This document shows, piece after piece, positions 26,820-37,555 of a stretch of DNA of 41,845 bases (its first letter is position 1; every line of letters begins with the position of its first letter). Source of the DNA: a bacterium (lineage in GTDB: Bacteria > Hinthialibacterota > Hinthialibacteria > Hinthialibacterales > Hinthialibacteraceae); contig CAXXSM010000161.1 in NCBI GenBank assembly GCA_963663405.2, forward strand, positions 1 through 41,845. The letters are read 5' to 3'. The translations under genes and the position numbers were made by a program. The notes under the pieces are model-generated. The model was given only the letters and a program-made list of their open reading frames with translations, was not told the DNA's origin and did not search any database.

Positions 26820-27962
26820 TTATTTGATTTCTATCAGCGCAAGTGTACAATCATCCTCCGGCTCGCCGAGTCGCAAAGAATCGATATTTTGAAACATTTC
26901 ATCCAGAAAATCAGTCGACCGTAGACGGATGTTGTTTTCGATGATTTGTTGAAATCCTTTTTTACCTATAATTTCGCCATTTTTCCCCTTCGTTTCCGGA
27001 AATCCGTCCGTATATAAAATGATTCGATCCCCTTTTTCCAGCGCAATTTTCGATTCGGTTACATCACTATCCATCTTCGTTGGAAATCCCACGGGAGGGA
27101 AGTGATTACGGATGGAATCCAATGTACCTTTACCGTTTTTCCATACGTATTGTTCTGGATGTCCCGCATTACATACGGTTAAAGTGTTTGTCGGCAGATT
27201 TACATCGCAAATGACGAGTGTCAAAAAGATCGATGTATCACCAATCGTTTTTTCGATAAAACGATGAAGGTGCTGGACCACATTGAAGGGGGGACGTTCT
27301 TCTTTTAGCCGGCTCATGAGTTCATTGTGCGTAATGTTAGCGACCAAGGCCGCCGATACACCATGCCCCATTACATCCAGCAGGGCGACAGCAATATGGT
27401 CTTCGTAGTATTGATAGACGGCCAGATTATCACCACCGATGTCAATAAGCGGTTCAAATCGATAACTCATGCTTATATATTGGTTATCTATCGGGGAAGG
27501 AAGAAGTGTTTTCTGAATACTCCCAGCAAACTGTAAGTCGGCTTCCATTTGTTGTTGTTGTTCTTTGACTTTGTGCTCCAACCGGGTTGTTCTCAACACA
27601 CGGTGAATGACGGCTAGCATGTAATCATAATCGATCGGTTTTGTGATAAAATCCGCCGCCCCTACCTTCATCGCTTTTACGGCATAATCGATCGTACCAA
27701 ACGCTGTCATAATCACGACAGGGATAGGATTTTCTCGTTTCGAAAGTTCTTCTAACAGTTCCATCCCTCCCATTTCCGGCATCATTAAGTCGGATACGAT
27801 CACGTCCGGTTGTTGTTCTCCCAGTATTTCCAGCGCTTTGGCGCCGTTTTCCATAGTAAATACCTCATAACCTTCCAATTCCAGATAATCAGATAGGTTT
27901 AAGCGGATATCTTCTTCATCATCAACGACGAGCACTCGGTCCTTCTTCTCTGGGTCTCGCAT
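26820..27962 (-). CDS. Response regulator fused to a PP2C/SpoIIE phosphatase (RsbU-like)
   Basis: VVDD, DLMMP, ITKP; GGD, DVMGHG, NAGH, YTDG, DDCT. Confidence 0.93.
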   Translation of the reverse strand: MRDPEKKDRVLVVDDEEDIRLNLSDYLELEGYEVFTMENGAKALEILGEQQPDVIVSDLMMPEMGGMELLEELSKRENPIPVVIMTAFGTIDYAVKAMKVGAADFITKPIDYDYMLAVIHRVLRTTRLEHKVKEQQQQMEADLQFAGSIQKTLLPSPIDNQYISMSYRFEPLIDIGGDNLAVYQYYEDHIAVALLDVMGHGVSAALVANITHNELMSRLKEERPPFNVVQHLHRFIEKTIGDTSIFLTLVICDVNLPTNTLTVCNAGHPEQYVWKNGKGTLDSIRNHFPPVGFPTKMDSDVTESKIALEKGDRIILYTDGFPETKGKNGEIIGKKGFQQIIENNIRLRSTDFLDEMFQNIDSLRLGEPEDDCTLALIEIK

Positions 27963-28336
27963 TACTCTCTACCCCGCGTTAACAGTTCTTCGATCAATTG
28001 CAACAACTCATCTTGATCGTAAGGTTTCATTATCATTCCATCCGCGCCATATTCCTTTATCTTCTCACCCATGCCTCGCTGCGACGAAGCGCTGACCATT
28101 ACAACGGGTAACGTTGGTTGTAACTCTTTTATCCGGCGGAGCACTTCGATCCCGTCAATTTCGGGGAGTTGAATATCCAGCAGAGCAATATCGGGTAAGG
28201 ATGTTTTTATCTCCTCAAGGGCCTCTTCTCCCGACAGGCAGATTTTGGGTGTGTAGCCTTCGAGTTCCAGCAAATCGGCCAGATTTTCCGCTAAATCTTC
28301 TTCGTCTTCAACGATCAGAATCTTCGCTTCCGGCAT
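27962..28336 (-). CDS. Single-domain response regulator
   Basis: IVEDE, LLDIQLP, KPY. Confidence 0.93.
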   Translation of the reverse strand: MPEAKILIVEDEEDLAENLADLLELEGYTPKICLSGEEALEEIKTSLPDIALLDIQLPEIDGIEVLRRIKELQPTLPVVMVSASSQRGMGEKIKEYGADGMIMKPYDQDELLQLIEELLTRGRE

Positions 28337-31300
28337 TGTTTTCTCCTTCTCTCGCTTGTATCGGTAATGTCATAGTAAAAGTGGATCCGGTTCTAACTGC
28401 GCTTTCTACATTCAGCGTTCCCTGATGCATCTCGACCAATTCTTTCGCAATCGAAAGCCCCAATCCCGAACCTTTGGCGAATTTCTGTGACGATTTTGTA
28501 CGATAAAAACGCTCCCAGATTTTTTCACATTCCTCTTCCCTCATACCGATGCCAGAATCCTTTACTTTAAATATGACATTATTATGCTCTCTTTTTAAAT
28601 TGACCTCAATATTCCCCCCCTCTGGTGTGTATTTGATGGCGTTGCTTATCAGTTCACCAACGACTCGTTCCATCTTTCCAACGTCCACAGAGACTGGATA
28701 GTGTTCATTCAGACCGTTTGTTTGGATCGCAATTCGTTTATGTTCAGCGGCGGGTTGATTTTCATGGATGGTATTGCTCACGAGAGACTCGAATAGAATT
28801 TCAGTATTTTCAAGAACGACCCGGCCCGATTCGATCCGATTGAGATCAAGAATGTCGTTAATGAGAACGGTTAGACGATTCACAGACCGCAATGCCCGTG
28901 TCACTACACTTTGCTGCCGTTCATTCAGCCCACCCCCTACACCACGCACTAAATTATCCATGCTGCTTTTGATGGCGGTCAACGGCGTGCGTAAATCGTG
29001 AGAGGCTTGGGAAACAAAGGCGGTTTTCATTTGATCGAGTTGCATCAGTTGGGCGTTCGTTTCCTGCAATTTTGCATTGAGGGAATTGAGACTATCGTTG
29101 GCGCCTCGAAGATCAGAAAGGCTTTGGCCGAGTTTTAAATGACGATTCAACGCATAACCGGTGAGTAGTAATATTATGACCATTCCAATGAAGATGATTA
29201 TCAAGAATTCAGGTTCTTTGTACCACGGGAGCAAGACTTCAAAATCCCAGGAAATCGGAGAGGAAATATTCCAATTGCGATCAATAGCGCGAACTTCGAA
29301 TCTGTGAGCGCCTGCGGCAAGACTTGTATACGATGCGACTCTCTCCTTTGTAAACGGCGTCCATTCACTGGTATCAACGCGATGGGAATAATGAAGCCGA
29401 TCAACCTTCGTATACTTCCATTTATCCACTCCTGTAAATGCGAATTGCGCCTTTCCTCCCGGGGCTATGACTTGAACATTATCGGGATTCATGATTGCTC
29501 TCGGGCAGTCTTTATCCGCCTCAGGATAATATTGACTCACAATTTGATTGAATGAAACTGTGAAAATTCGTCCTTGTGAATCTTCCACGATATGACGAAT
29601 TGATGTTTTGGGAAGTCCATCTTCGAACGTGTGTTCGATCCAGGAACCTTGGAAAAATCGAAGGATTCCATCCCCCGTAGCGATCCATATACTTCCATCT
29701 TTCGCTTTAATCATGGAACAAACCGAATTAAGACCTCTACGAATGACCTTCCATCGATTTTGATCGTATTCAAATATTCCATTCTCCTCTCCAAACCAGA
29801 TTTTCCCTGGTTCGACTTCCAAAGCGCAACGAGCGCCATGACCTTGATACTGATCATCAACGCTGATGAGTCTATATTCGCCATTCTTATAGCGACCGAT
29901 TCCATCGAGTCCCACTATCAAGTAGTCACCAGCTTGAATCTCTTTGACAAACGGCGTGATACCAACATCCCAGTTTTTCTCTTCCTTTAATAAAAGCTTG
30001 TAATTCATTCCATCAAATATCTCAATAGAAAAATTTTTTGTATCCATAGCTGTCTCAATAATTTTGTAAGTAAGAACTAACAGATTCCCGCTTTGTAGAG
30101 AGCAGGGAGTGCGAACATACCTCCCCCTCGGATGGCGGATAAATGAGAAATTTTCTTTCTCGGGATCGAAAAGGAGGAGTCCTTTTTGTCCGAAAAACAT
30201 TAACGCTACACGGCCATCTCCAAGTATATTCATCCACTTTGACATAATATCCCCTCTTATGAATCCAGTGGGAAATGGATAGGTTTTCCATCGCCCATTT
30301 TCAAGTAAACCTAAAAAATCACGAGCAAAGAACCACAATCTATTATTTGGCCCTTTGTGTATTTCATAAAATGTCTGATCCGTTAGAAAGGATGGGGTTC
30401 TCCAGAGTGGTGGAGCATATCGGGTGGCGCCTAACCATGTAGCAAGCCAAAATACGCCGTGAGACGCTACGAATTCATGATTAATCCGCGATGATAAAGA
30501 ATGCTCTTTTTCAATTGTGCTTTTGACTCCATTTTTTTCACAAAAGACCGTGCCTTCTACGCCCTCTTCAAGTCCCCAGATTTGATCGTATTCGTCCAGC
30601 CATCCCGCGCGGAAATTCACATCGGGACTTGGTTCAAGCAGAATGTTCCATTGATAGCCGTTGAAGTGGACTATAGATCGACTGGCGGATCCGATCGAGT
30701 AGGCGATGCCAGTAATTTGACCTTCTTTTCCTTCCCAGGGAGTGTGAAGGTTGTGAAACATGAATTGAGAATTAAAGGGGTATTCGGACCATAAAGGTGT
30801 GGAGTGAGATGACGAATGATCGTAATGCAGTTTAGCTAATCCTTTTTCACCAGTTATCCAAATACCCCCATCTCTGGCTTTCAATAAATGGTTGAATCGT
30901 TCCAGGCTTGATTCTGTCGCGGAACTAATACAATTAAATGCTCCGGTCTGCGCATTGAATTCGGACAAATGAGCTGGTTTAAGAATAAGCGCCCGATCAG
31001 CATCCAAAGGGAAAAAGCCTTCGGGTGAGATTTCACCGATATCATAATGTATCCATTCTCCCCTTTCAAATCGCTTCAGGCCTTTGGGACCGTTTGTCCA
31101 CAAATGGCCGGATTCTGTTTCATGAATAATATTTGCCGTGCTGAAATCCCAATCTTGTACATAATACATACCTGGATTTTTCATGACTCGCACGGTATAT
31201 CCATCTAGCACGCTGATTTCATTCACATCACCGTGGTTGATCCAGACATTTCCATTGGGACTCATAGAAATGCGGGAACACCATACTTCTCTTAAACCGT

Positions 31301-31406
31301 CAACCGGCGTCCAGTTCCGCCAGATCGGTGGAGATTGAGTGAAACCGGTTTCCGTGAAGAAAGATAATCCAATGGTGAAACAACAAAAAAAAGAGGCTCT
31401 TTTCAT
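28308..31406 (-). CDS. Sensor histidine kinase with periplasmic beta-propeller and Y_Y_Y domain
   Basis: Signal peptide, repeated GxIW motifs, HRFEVRAID, TM, SHDLRTPL, NAIKYT, DSGIG, GSGLGL. Confidence 0.92.
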   Translation of the reverse strand: MKRASFFCCFTIGLSFFTETGFTQSPPIWRNWTPVDGLREVWCSRISMSPNGNVWINHGDVNEISVLDGYTVRVMKNPGMYYVQDWDFSTANIIHETESGHLWTNGPKGLKRFERGEWIHYDIGEISPEGFFPLDADRALILKPAHLSEFNAQTGAFNCISSATESSLERFNHLLKARDGGIWITGEKGLAKLHYDHSSSHSTPLWSEYPFNSQFMFHNLHTPWEGKEGQITGIAYSIGSASRSIVHFNGYQWNILLEPSPDVNFRAGWLDEYDQIWGLEEGVEGTVFCEKNGVKSTIEKEHSLSSRINHEFVASHGVFWLATWLGATRYAPPLWRTPSFLTDQTFYEIHKGPNNRLWFFARDFLGLLENGRWKTYPFPTGFIRGDIMSKWMNILGDGRVALMFFGQKGLLLFDPEKENFSFIRHPRGRYVRTPCSLQSGNLLVLTYKIIETAMDTKNFSIEIFDGMNYKLLLKEEKNWDVGITPFVKEIQAGDYLIVGLDGIGRYKNGEYRLISVDDQYQGHGARCALEVEPGKIWFGEENGIFEYDQNRWKVIRRGLNSVCSMIKAKDGSIWIATGDGILRFFQGSWIEHTFEDGLPKTSIRHIVEDSQGRIFTVSFNQIVSQYYPEADKDCPRAIMNPDNVQVIAPGGKAQFAFTGVDKWKYTKVDRLHYSHRVDTSEWTPFTKERVASYTSLAAGAHRFEVRAIDRNWNISSPISWDFEVLLPWYKEPEFLIIIFIGMVIILLLTGYALNRHLKLGQSLSDLRGANDSLNSLNAKLQETNAQLMQLDQMKTAFVSQASHDLRTPLTAIKSSMDNLVRGVGGGLNERQQSVVTRALRSVNRLTVLINDILDLNRIESGRVVLENTEILFESLVSNTIHENQPAAEHKRIAIQTNGLNEHYPVSVDVGKMERVVGELISNAIKYTPEGGNIEVNLKREHNNVIFKVKDSGIGMREEECEKIWERFYRTKSSQKFAKGSGLGLSIAKELVEMHQGTLNVESAVRTGSTFTMTLPIQAREGENNAGSEDSDR

Positions 31407-32150
31407 TGATCGATACCTGTCTTTTAAATTTTTTTGGTTGTAAGGTTTGATAAAAGAAATATCAATGACATTGACATGGGATTTTTATTGTAAATGTTGT
31501 TCCTTTACCAACTTCACTCTGAACAATTATCGTTCCCTCATGCATTTCCATCAATTCTTTCGCAATAGAAAGCCCCAGTCCCGAACCTTTGGCGAATTTC
31601 TGTGACGATTTTGTACGATAAAAACGCTCCCAAATCTTCTCACGTTCCTCTTCTGCCATACCGATCCCAGTATCCTTCACTTCAAATATAACTTTATTAT
31701 CTTCTCTTTTCAAATAGACCTCAATATTCCCCCCATCTGGTGTGTATTTGATGGCATTGCTAATGAGTTCACCGACGACTCGTTCCATCTTTCCAACGTC
31801 CACAGAGACTGGATAGCGTTCATCCAGATTGTTTGTTTGGATCGCAATTCGTTTTTGATCTGCGGCGGGTTGATTTTCATGGATTGCATTTCTCACGAGC
31901 GATCCAAAAGAGATCTCGGTTTTGTCTAGAACGACACGGCCCGACTCGATCCGATTGATGTCGAGAATGTCGTTGATGAGAACCGTTAGGCGGTTTACAG
32001 ACCGTAACGCTCGAGTTACTACGTTTTGCTGTCGTTCATTAAGCCCTCCTCCGACACCACGCACTAAATTATCCATACTGCTTTTGATGGCCGTCAGCGG
32101 TGTGCGTAAATCGTGAGAGGCTTGGGAGACGAAAACCGATTTCATTTTAT
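28430..32150. repeat. Direct-repeat pair: kinase-domain coding segments of the two sensor kinases (about 28430-29030 and 31545-32150)
   Basis: Includes a 54-nt identical run TCCCGAACCTTTGGCGAATTTCTGTGACGATTTTGTACGATAAAAACGCTCCCA; the proteins are nearly identical over HisKA/HATPase. Confidence 0.85.
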
Positions 32151-35100
32151 CCAGCTCACGAAGTTGTTCGTTTGCCCGGCGTAAATCAGACAAACTATGA
32201 CCTAGTTTCATATGACGATTTAACGCGTAACAAGCAAAAAGGATAATCAAAACAACAGACAATGTCATGAGAAAAAGAAACATTGGTTTTCTATACCACG
32301 GCTTCAAGACGATTAAAGAATAAAGGGCCGGGGAGGAATCGATATTTCGATTTCGGTCCATGGCTCGAACTTGGAAAACATGAGATCCCTCCGTCATCCC
32401 TGTAACTGAAACAACGGTATGGGAAGTAAAGGAAGACCACTCATTGTCATCAATTCGATGCGAATATAAAAGACGATCGGTTTTCGTCATCTTCCACTTA
32501 TCCACTCCCGTAAACGCAATTCGTATAGATCCTCCAGAAACGATTTCTTCAGTTACGCTGTTTTTGTAGATCCGTGTTCCATTATCATCGATGTAGGTTT
32601 CCGGCGGATCACAATCGTTTTCCGGATGATATAGACTTACTCCCTTTCGTGTTGCAACCCAGATTCTGCCTTGATTGTCTTGAAAAATATCGTTGATGTT
32701 ATTATGGGGAAGATCATCTTGGATCGTATTTTCAATCCAAGATCCATTCCAGTAAATGTATAATCCATTTCGAGTTCCAACCCATATACTGCCATCCCTT
32801 ATTTGCCGCATCACATTAATCCTGTCCAATCCGCTTTTTAATTTTTCCCAATGATTACCGTTAAATTGATAAATATCATAATGCGAAGAAATCCAGATCT
32901 TTTTATCTTGTGTCTGCAACATTGTTTTTGCGCTGCTTCCCGGGTATTTCTTCTCGTCTTCGCTCAAAATTCGTTCTCCGTGGAGATAACGGAACAGTCC
33001 TGCGCCTGTGCCAATCCATAATTCTTCGTTCTCGAGTTTTTCAACAAAGTTAGGTTCTTGCCCATAATACATCAAAGAATTATATTTTTGGTTAGTTCCA
33101 GGGATGTTGGATCTACTGATAATGGATTGATACTGCGTTCCATCATAAAGACCGATTGATTCTCCACTCCATAACCACAATTGATTTCGATTCAATTGTC
33201 CTATCAGACGATTCTTCATTTTTGTGTTTTGCTGGTTGAACAAATAATGGACCTGTTTTGTCACAGGTTCGTATTCAACGACTCCACTCCAGAAATTCGT
33301 CACGATTTTTCCATTGGGCAAGACAGCAATCTTAGAACCCCATTCGGAATTATTCTCGAAACTCCATTCATTATTGTTGTGGAGACACGCTAGAGTACCA
33401 TCATAAGAAATCCAAATTCGATTGGAAGAATCTTGAATGATTGAATACGCAATGGAGTCTTTATTCTGTAATTCGTAAGGTGTCTCCCAAATGGCGGACG
33501 AGTAACGGGAGAGACCTTGTTCTGAAAGAAACCATATTGCGTTATGATCATAGCTTTTTATATTACTTATATCGATCTTCTCTCCGGTGTCAGAATCTAT
33601 ACCGCCAGAATACAGTTTCCCATTGTGTCGAATAACAATAGGATCATATTGGACTAAATCTATGTTCGGTAAATCAACATGATCCGGTTTAAAATCCAAA
33701 AGAAATCCGTTTCCTGTAAACAGGAAAGGGGTACGTTTTCCCATAAAGACAATTCCTTCGACAAAACCATCAAACGTATATCCAATTACAGCCCCATTCT
33801 GTGTTTCGGTTTCAACAATATATGGTCCTGAGGGAGCAGGTGAAGAAAATTCTTCCCATACACCCTTACATGTAAAGCAGGCAATCCCATCTTGAGCGCT
33901 TACCCAAATTGTTTTTCGGTCTTGACCAAGCGTCAAATTATAGAATTTACCCAAAGTCGTGTTTGTTACATCTTTAATAGGAGTTGAAACAGCGTTTTGT
34001 GACGTATACTCCATAATTCTCTGATCATTGGAGATGTATATCATACGATATTTATCGAGAGGAACGAAACTAGGGCCAAAAGCGGAAAACAATAATTGTG
34101 GTATTACCGTATGTTCGTTCCATTCGCCATCTAGTTTATGCTCAGCGAAATCGTATGTGCGCAATACGGATTTGTCATTCCAATCTGACGCCCAAAAAAA
34201 GTATTCAGGTTCTTCCAAAACAAATGATAAAGGTGTATCAGGGAGTGGATAAACAATGTAGCCATCAAAATAACAAGATCTAGCTCCGGTCAATAATGAA
34301 TTCGTAGGGCCGGAAGACATTTGGAAGAAAAAGAGGGGAATTCCTTCCTTTCTACTCCAGTGACGCCAAATCCCGGGCGCACTCGGTAATTCTTCTGCGA
34401 TTATATCTACCTTTTTAACAATGGGAGAGGTAGAAAGTTGAGGCAGTGATTCGTATCTAGTCTGGATATCTTTTTGACTCAGCGCGACATTGTGAACTTT
34501 TATCTCATAGATAACACCATCACAACCACGGCTCTCATCTGAATCTCTGTATGCGCCGATCACATACGGAGTTCCCTGTAGGTATTTAATATCGCCCGAT
34601 TGTATCGTACAGGAATTTTGTAAACGACCATTCACATAGATTTGCTGAGTGATACCATCGTACACACCGACAACATGATACCATTTATAGTTTTCAAATG
34701 AGGATAGCGCAGACAAATAGGTTACTTTGTTTTCTGAATTCTCGTTACCTACACTGGCTATAGCAAAAAAGAAACGATGTCCATGATATCCCAACAACCA
34801 TCCGAATCCGTCATTGTATTTTATGTTGTCTTCAAAACAGCCAGTGATACTATTGCAATATAACGTGTCATTTAAGCGCAAATACGCTTCCACGGTAATT
34901 TCTTTTTGAGGTAAAATTACTTGAGAACCATCATCCGAAATCAAAACTGCGTTCGCTTGACGGTTCAATTTTATCGGAGAGAGGCACAATCCTCTATCAT
35001 TTTCTTTATCAAAAAACTCAACGGGAAACTCAATCTTCGCATCATGATTACCAGCCAGATCTATAACTGTATTCGCTGAAATATGGGTGACGTCAAAAAT

Positions 35101-35223
35101 CCAATGCCCAACCAAACCTTCATCCTTATCATGCCCAAAAGTTAAGAGCGGTAAACAAAGAGAGATAATGAGAATAACAAATGTGGGAGAAAAAGGATTC
35201 CAACGAGGAATAGACATGACCAT
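31462..35223 (-). CDS. Sensor histidine kinase with LamG-like, beta-propeller and Y_Y_Y domains
   Basis: LVGHWIFD, WYHVVGVYDG..IYVNG (LamG); propeller repeats; SHDLRTPL, NAIKYT, GSGLGL. Confidence 0.92.
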   Translation of the reverse strand: MVMSIPRWNPFSPTFVILIISLCLPLLTFGHDKDEGLVGHWIFDVTHISANTVIDLAGNHDAKIEFPVEFFDKENDRGLCLSPIKLNRQANAVLISDDGSQVILPQKEITVEAYLRLNDTLYCNSITGCFEDNIKYNDGFGWLLGYHGHRFFFAIASVGNENSENKVTYLSALSSFENYKWYHVVGVYDGITQQIYVNGRLQNSCTIQSGDIKYLQGTPYVIGAYRDSDESRGCDGVIYEIKVHNVALSQKDIQTRYESLPQLSTSPIVKKVDIIAEELPSAPGIWRHWSRKEGIPLFFFQMSSGPTNSLLTGARSCYFDGYIVYPLPDTPLSFVLEEPEYFFWASDWNDKSVLRTYDFAEHKLDGEWNEHTVIPQLLFSAFGPSFVPLDKYRMIYISNDQRIMEYTSQNAVSTPIKDVTNTTLGKFYNLTLGQDRKTIWVSAQDGIACFTCKGVWEEFSSPAPSGPYIVETETQNGAVIGYTFDGFVEGIVFMGKRTPFLFTGNGFLLDFKPDHVDLPNIDLVQYDPIVIRHNGKLYSGGIDSDTGEKIDISNIKSYDHNAIWFLSEQGLSRYSSAIWETPYELQNKDSIAYSIIQDSSNRIWISYDGTLACLHNNNEWSFENNSEWGSKIAVLPNGKIVTNFWSGVVEYEPVTKQVHYLFNQQNTKMKNRLIGQLNRNQLWLWSGESIGLYDGTQYQSIISRSNIPGTNQKYNSLMYYGQEPNFVEKLENEELWIGTGAGLFRYLHGERILSEDEKKYPGSSAKTMLQTQDKKIWISSHYDIYQFNGNHWEKLKSGLDRINVMRQIRDGSIWVGTRNGLYIYWNGSWIENTIQDDLPHNNINDIFQDNQGRIWVATRKGVSLYHPENDCDPPETYIDDNGTRIYKNSVTEEIVSGGSIRIAFTGVDKWKMTKTDRLLYSHRIDDNEWSSFTSHTVVSVTGMTEGSHVFQVRAMDRNRNIDSSPALYSLIVLKPWYRKPMFLFLMTLSVVLIILFACYALNRHMKLGHSLSDLRRANEQLRELDKMKSVFVSQASHDLRTPLTAIKSSMDNLVRGVGGGLNERQQNVVTRALRSVNRLTVLINDILDINRIESGRVVLDKTEISFGSLVRNAIHENQPAADQKRIAIQTNNLDERYPVSVDVGKMERVVGELISNAIKYTPDGGNIEVYLKREDNKVIFEVKDTGIGMAEEEREKIWERFYRTKSSQKFAKGSGLGLSIAKELMEMHEGTIIVQSEVGKGTTFTIKIPCQCH

Positions 35224-35560
35224 CTCCTATGTGGGCAAATCTAACCATTTCTGATTAGTTATTCAACATATGGTTTGCCTACTAATTATTAAAAAATATG
35301 ACTTGCGTACACTCAACTATTTAAAAAACGATAAACACTATATCCACATTGCATTCAATCCGTTTGCAGGATAATAAATTAAGAAAAAATATATATCATT
35401 TATGATAAAATAATCGGTAAGATTTATTGTTTCATTTTATCAATGGCATCCGATTCATCTAAATAAGATGTAAATATTTTGTCTAATTCCACGATTTCAA
35501 ACAACTCGCGCAACTGGGGGCCCACGGAACAGAATACGAGAGCGCCTCCTTTAGAATTCA

Positions 35561-36949
35561 GGTTCCTCAGAGAAATCAGTGGGTACAAAAAGGGAATGCT
35601 GAAGAAGGAGAGATAGAAAAAGACATCCGGTAACGTATCCTAAGAAGATGGAGTCGACGAAGACAAACCATCAATCAGGAGGCCACCGGATGCAAGTAAA
35701 GACTATCCTCAATCGCGTTCATAAAATCAAGGGATTTGTGTATGATTCGGTCTATTTTAGCGAATGGAACAAGAAAATAGTGTTGGAGGTTGAAGTCCTC
35801 CCCCGGAAGGGAAATCGACCAATCTGTTCCGGCTGTGGAAAGAAAAGACCCGGATACGACACGCGTGACAAGCGTCGTTTTGAAATGGTCCCGCTGTGGG
35901 GAATCGCGTTTTTTTTAATCTACACGATGCGGCGTGTCGAGTGTCCAGACTGTGGGGTGAAAATTGAGCAAGTTCCCTGGGCCGAAGGAAAGCACGAATT
36001 AACGAGCGCGTATCAGTGGTTTCTGGCGGGTTGGGCGAAGCGGTTAAATTGGACGCAAGTGGCGGAGGCGTTTCAAACGAGTTGGCACAAAGTATTTTGC
36101 TCGGTGGAGAGGGCCGTCAATTGGGGGCGGGAGCATAGGGACCTGGAAGGAATCACCGCCATCGGAGTGGACGAAATGCAATGGGGAAGCGGGCACAATT
36201 ACGTGACTGCGGTGTATCAAATCAATGAGGGATGTAGGCGGTTACTTTGGATTGGGGAAAAGAGAACGACCAAGACGTTTTTGAGATTTTTCCGCTGGTT
36301 GGGTGAGGAGCGGAGCGCGAAGTTGGAATTCATTTGCAGCGATATGTGGAAAGCGTATCTCAAAGTCGTGGCGAAGAAAGCGAAAGGAGCCATCCATATT
36401 TTGGATCGATTTCACATCGTGGCCCATATGAATAAAGCCATCGATGAGGTGCGCGCCGGGGAAGCCCGTGAATTAAAAGCCAAGGGATTGGAGCCGGTCT
36501 TGAAAGGAAGCCGTTGGTGGTTTCTCAAACGTTCGGTGAATCTAACCGAGAAGCAGGTGGAAAAACTTGCCAATGTGGTTCGGTATAATCTTCGGACCGT
36601 GCGTAGTTATCTCTTAAAAGAAGAGTTCCAATTTTTCTGGGACTATAAGTCGGCATGGTGGGCGGGCCGTTTTTTGGATCAATGGTGTACCAAGACCATG
36701 CGATCCCGGATCGAGCCAATGAAAAAGGTTGCGAAGATGCTTCGGCGTCATCGGGAACTGATTTTGAACTGGTTTCGGGCGAAAAAAGAGTTTTCTTCCG
36801 GTGTTGTGGAAGGATTAAATAACAAAGCGAAAGTGACGACGAGAATGGCGTATGGTTTTCGCACCTTTCGGGCATTGGAAATCGCTTTATATCATACACT
36901 TGGCGATTTACCCGAGCCAAAATTTACCCACCGATTTTTTTAACGAGGC
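35561..36949 (+). mobile_element. ISL3-family insertion sequence with 8-bp target duplication AGAATTCA
   Basis: TSD at 35553-35560 and 36950-36957; ends GGTTCCTCAGAGAAATCAGTGGGTA and TACCCACCGATTTTTTTAACGAGGC. Confidence 0.93.
35690..36943 (+). CDS. ISL3 family transposase
   Basis: CSGC/CPDC zinc finger, IGVDE, CSDMW, DRFH, VEGLNNKAK, AYGFR; ATG 35690 follows GGAGG (ORF track start 35648). Confidence 0.95.
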   Translation: MQVKTILNRVHKIKGFVYDSVYFSEWNKKIVLEVEVLPRKGNRPICSGCGKKRPGYDTRDKRRFEMVPLWGIAFFLIYTMRRVECPDCGVKIEQVPWAEGKHELTSAYQWFLAGWAKRLNWTQVAEAFQTSWHKVFCSVERAVNWGREHRDLEGITAIGVDEMQWGSGHNYVTAVYQINEGCRRLLWIGEKRTTKTFLRFFRWLGEERSAKLEFICSDMWKAYLKVVAKKAKGAIHILDRFHIVAHMNKAIDEVRAGEARELKAKGLEPVLKGSRWWFLKRSVNLTEKQVEKLANVVRYNLRTVRSYLLKEEFQFFWDYKSAWWAGRFLDQWCTKTMRSRIEPMKKVAKMLRRHRELILNWFRAKKEFSSGVVEGLNNKAKVTTRMAYGFRTFRALEIALYHTLGDLPEPKFTHRFF

Positions 36950-37555
36950 AGAATTCATTAGTTTACCATTATTGATTAACATTCGAATTCCGGCGCTATT
37001 AAAATATTTGACATTAATAAAATTTAGAATTACCTTTGTATTTCCATCAAGTATGGTATGTCCAACTATGAATGAGAACTCATCTAATTGCTTATAATCC
37101 ATATCACCTTCCGGTTCAATGATCGTGATCTCGTTTTCTTTTCGGATATTAAATTTCATGATTTCCTCTTTTACCTGTTATTTGACGCATATACATTAAA
37201 TATTTATAAAGTGAATATGAATAATCTCTTTTTTTTCAATTTATTAAATCATAAAAGTAATTTCACAATAAAACATACCCCTTTCCTCACTTCACTCAAA
37301 ACCACAATCATTTTATTATTTATTTATCATTATTTTTTCACAATAGAAAGGCAAAGTCCAGAGTTCTCCCTTAAACGACGGCGTTTCATAGGAACCATAG
37401 TGATTTTGCCATTCCTAGAATCCAATCTCGCTAAAGGCTAAACATTAATCTGGTTTGTAGTAGAAGTCTCTTCCTCTTGGTTCTTGAATTTATCTAAATT
37501 GTTGATTTGATAATGTAAAATATCTCTATTCTAAAGGCAGATTGTTTGAATCATA

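Larger units (their letters stand above)
35424..37159 (-). pseudogene. STAS-domain anti-sigma factor antagonist (112 aa) split by ISL3
   Basis: 37159-36950 encodes ...VKYFNSAGIRML...MNS; 35552-35424 continues in frame KGGALVFCSVGPQLRELFEIVELDKIF...MKQ*. Confidence 0.9.

Noticed and set aside
28430-32150. Diversity-generating retroelement TR/VR pair
   Set aside because: Both copies are coding kinase domains, the differences are not adenine-specific, and no RT gene is present
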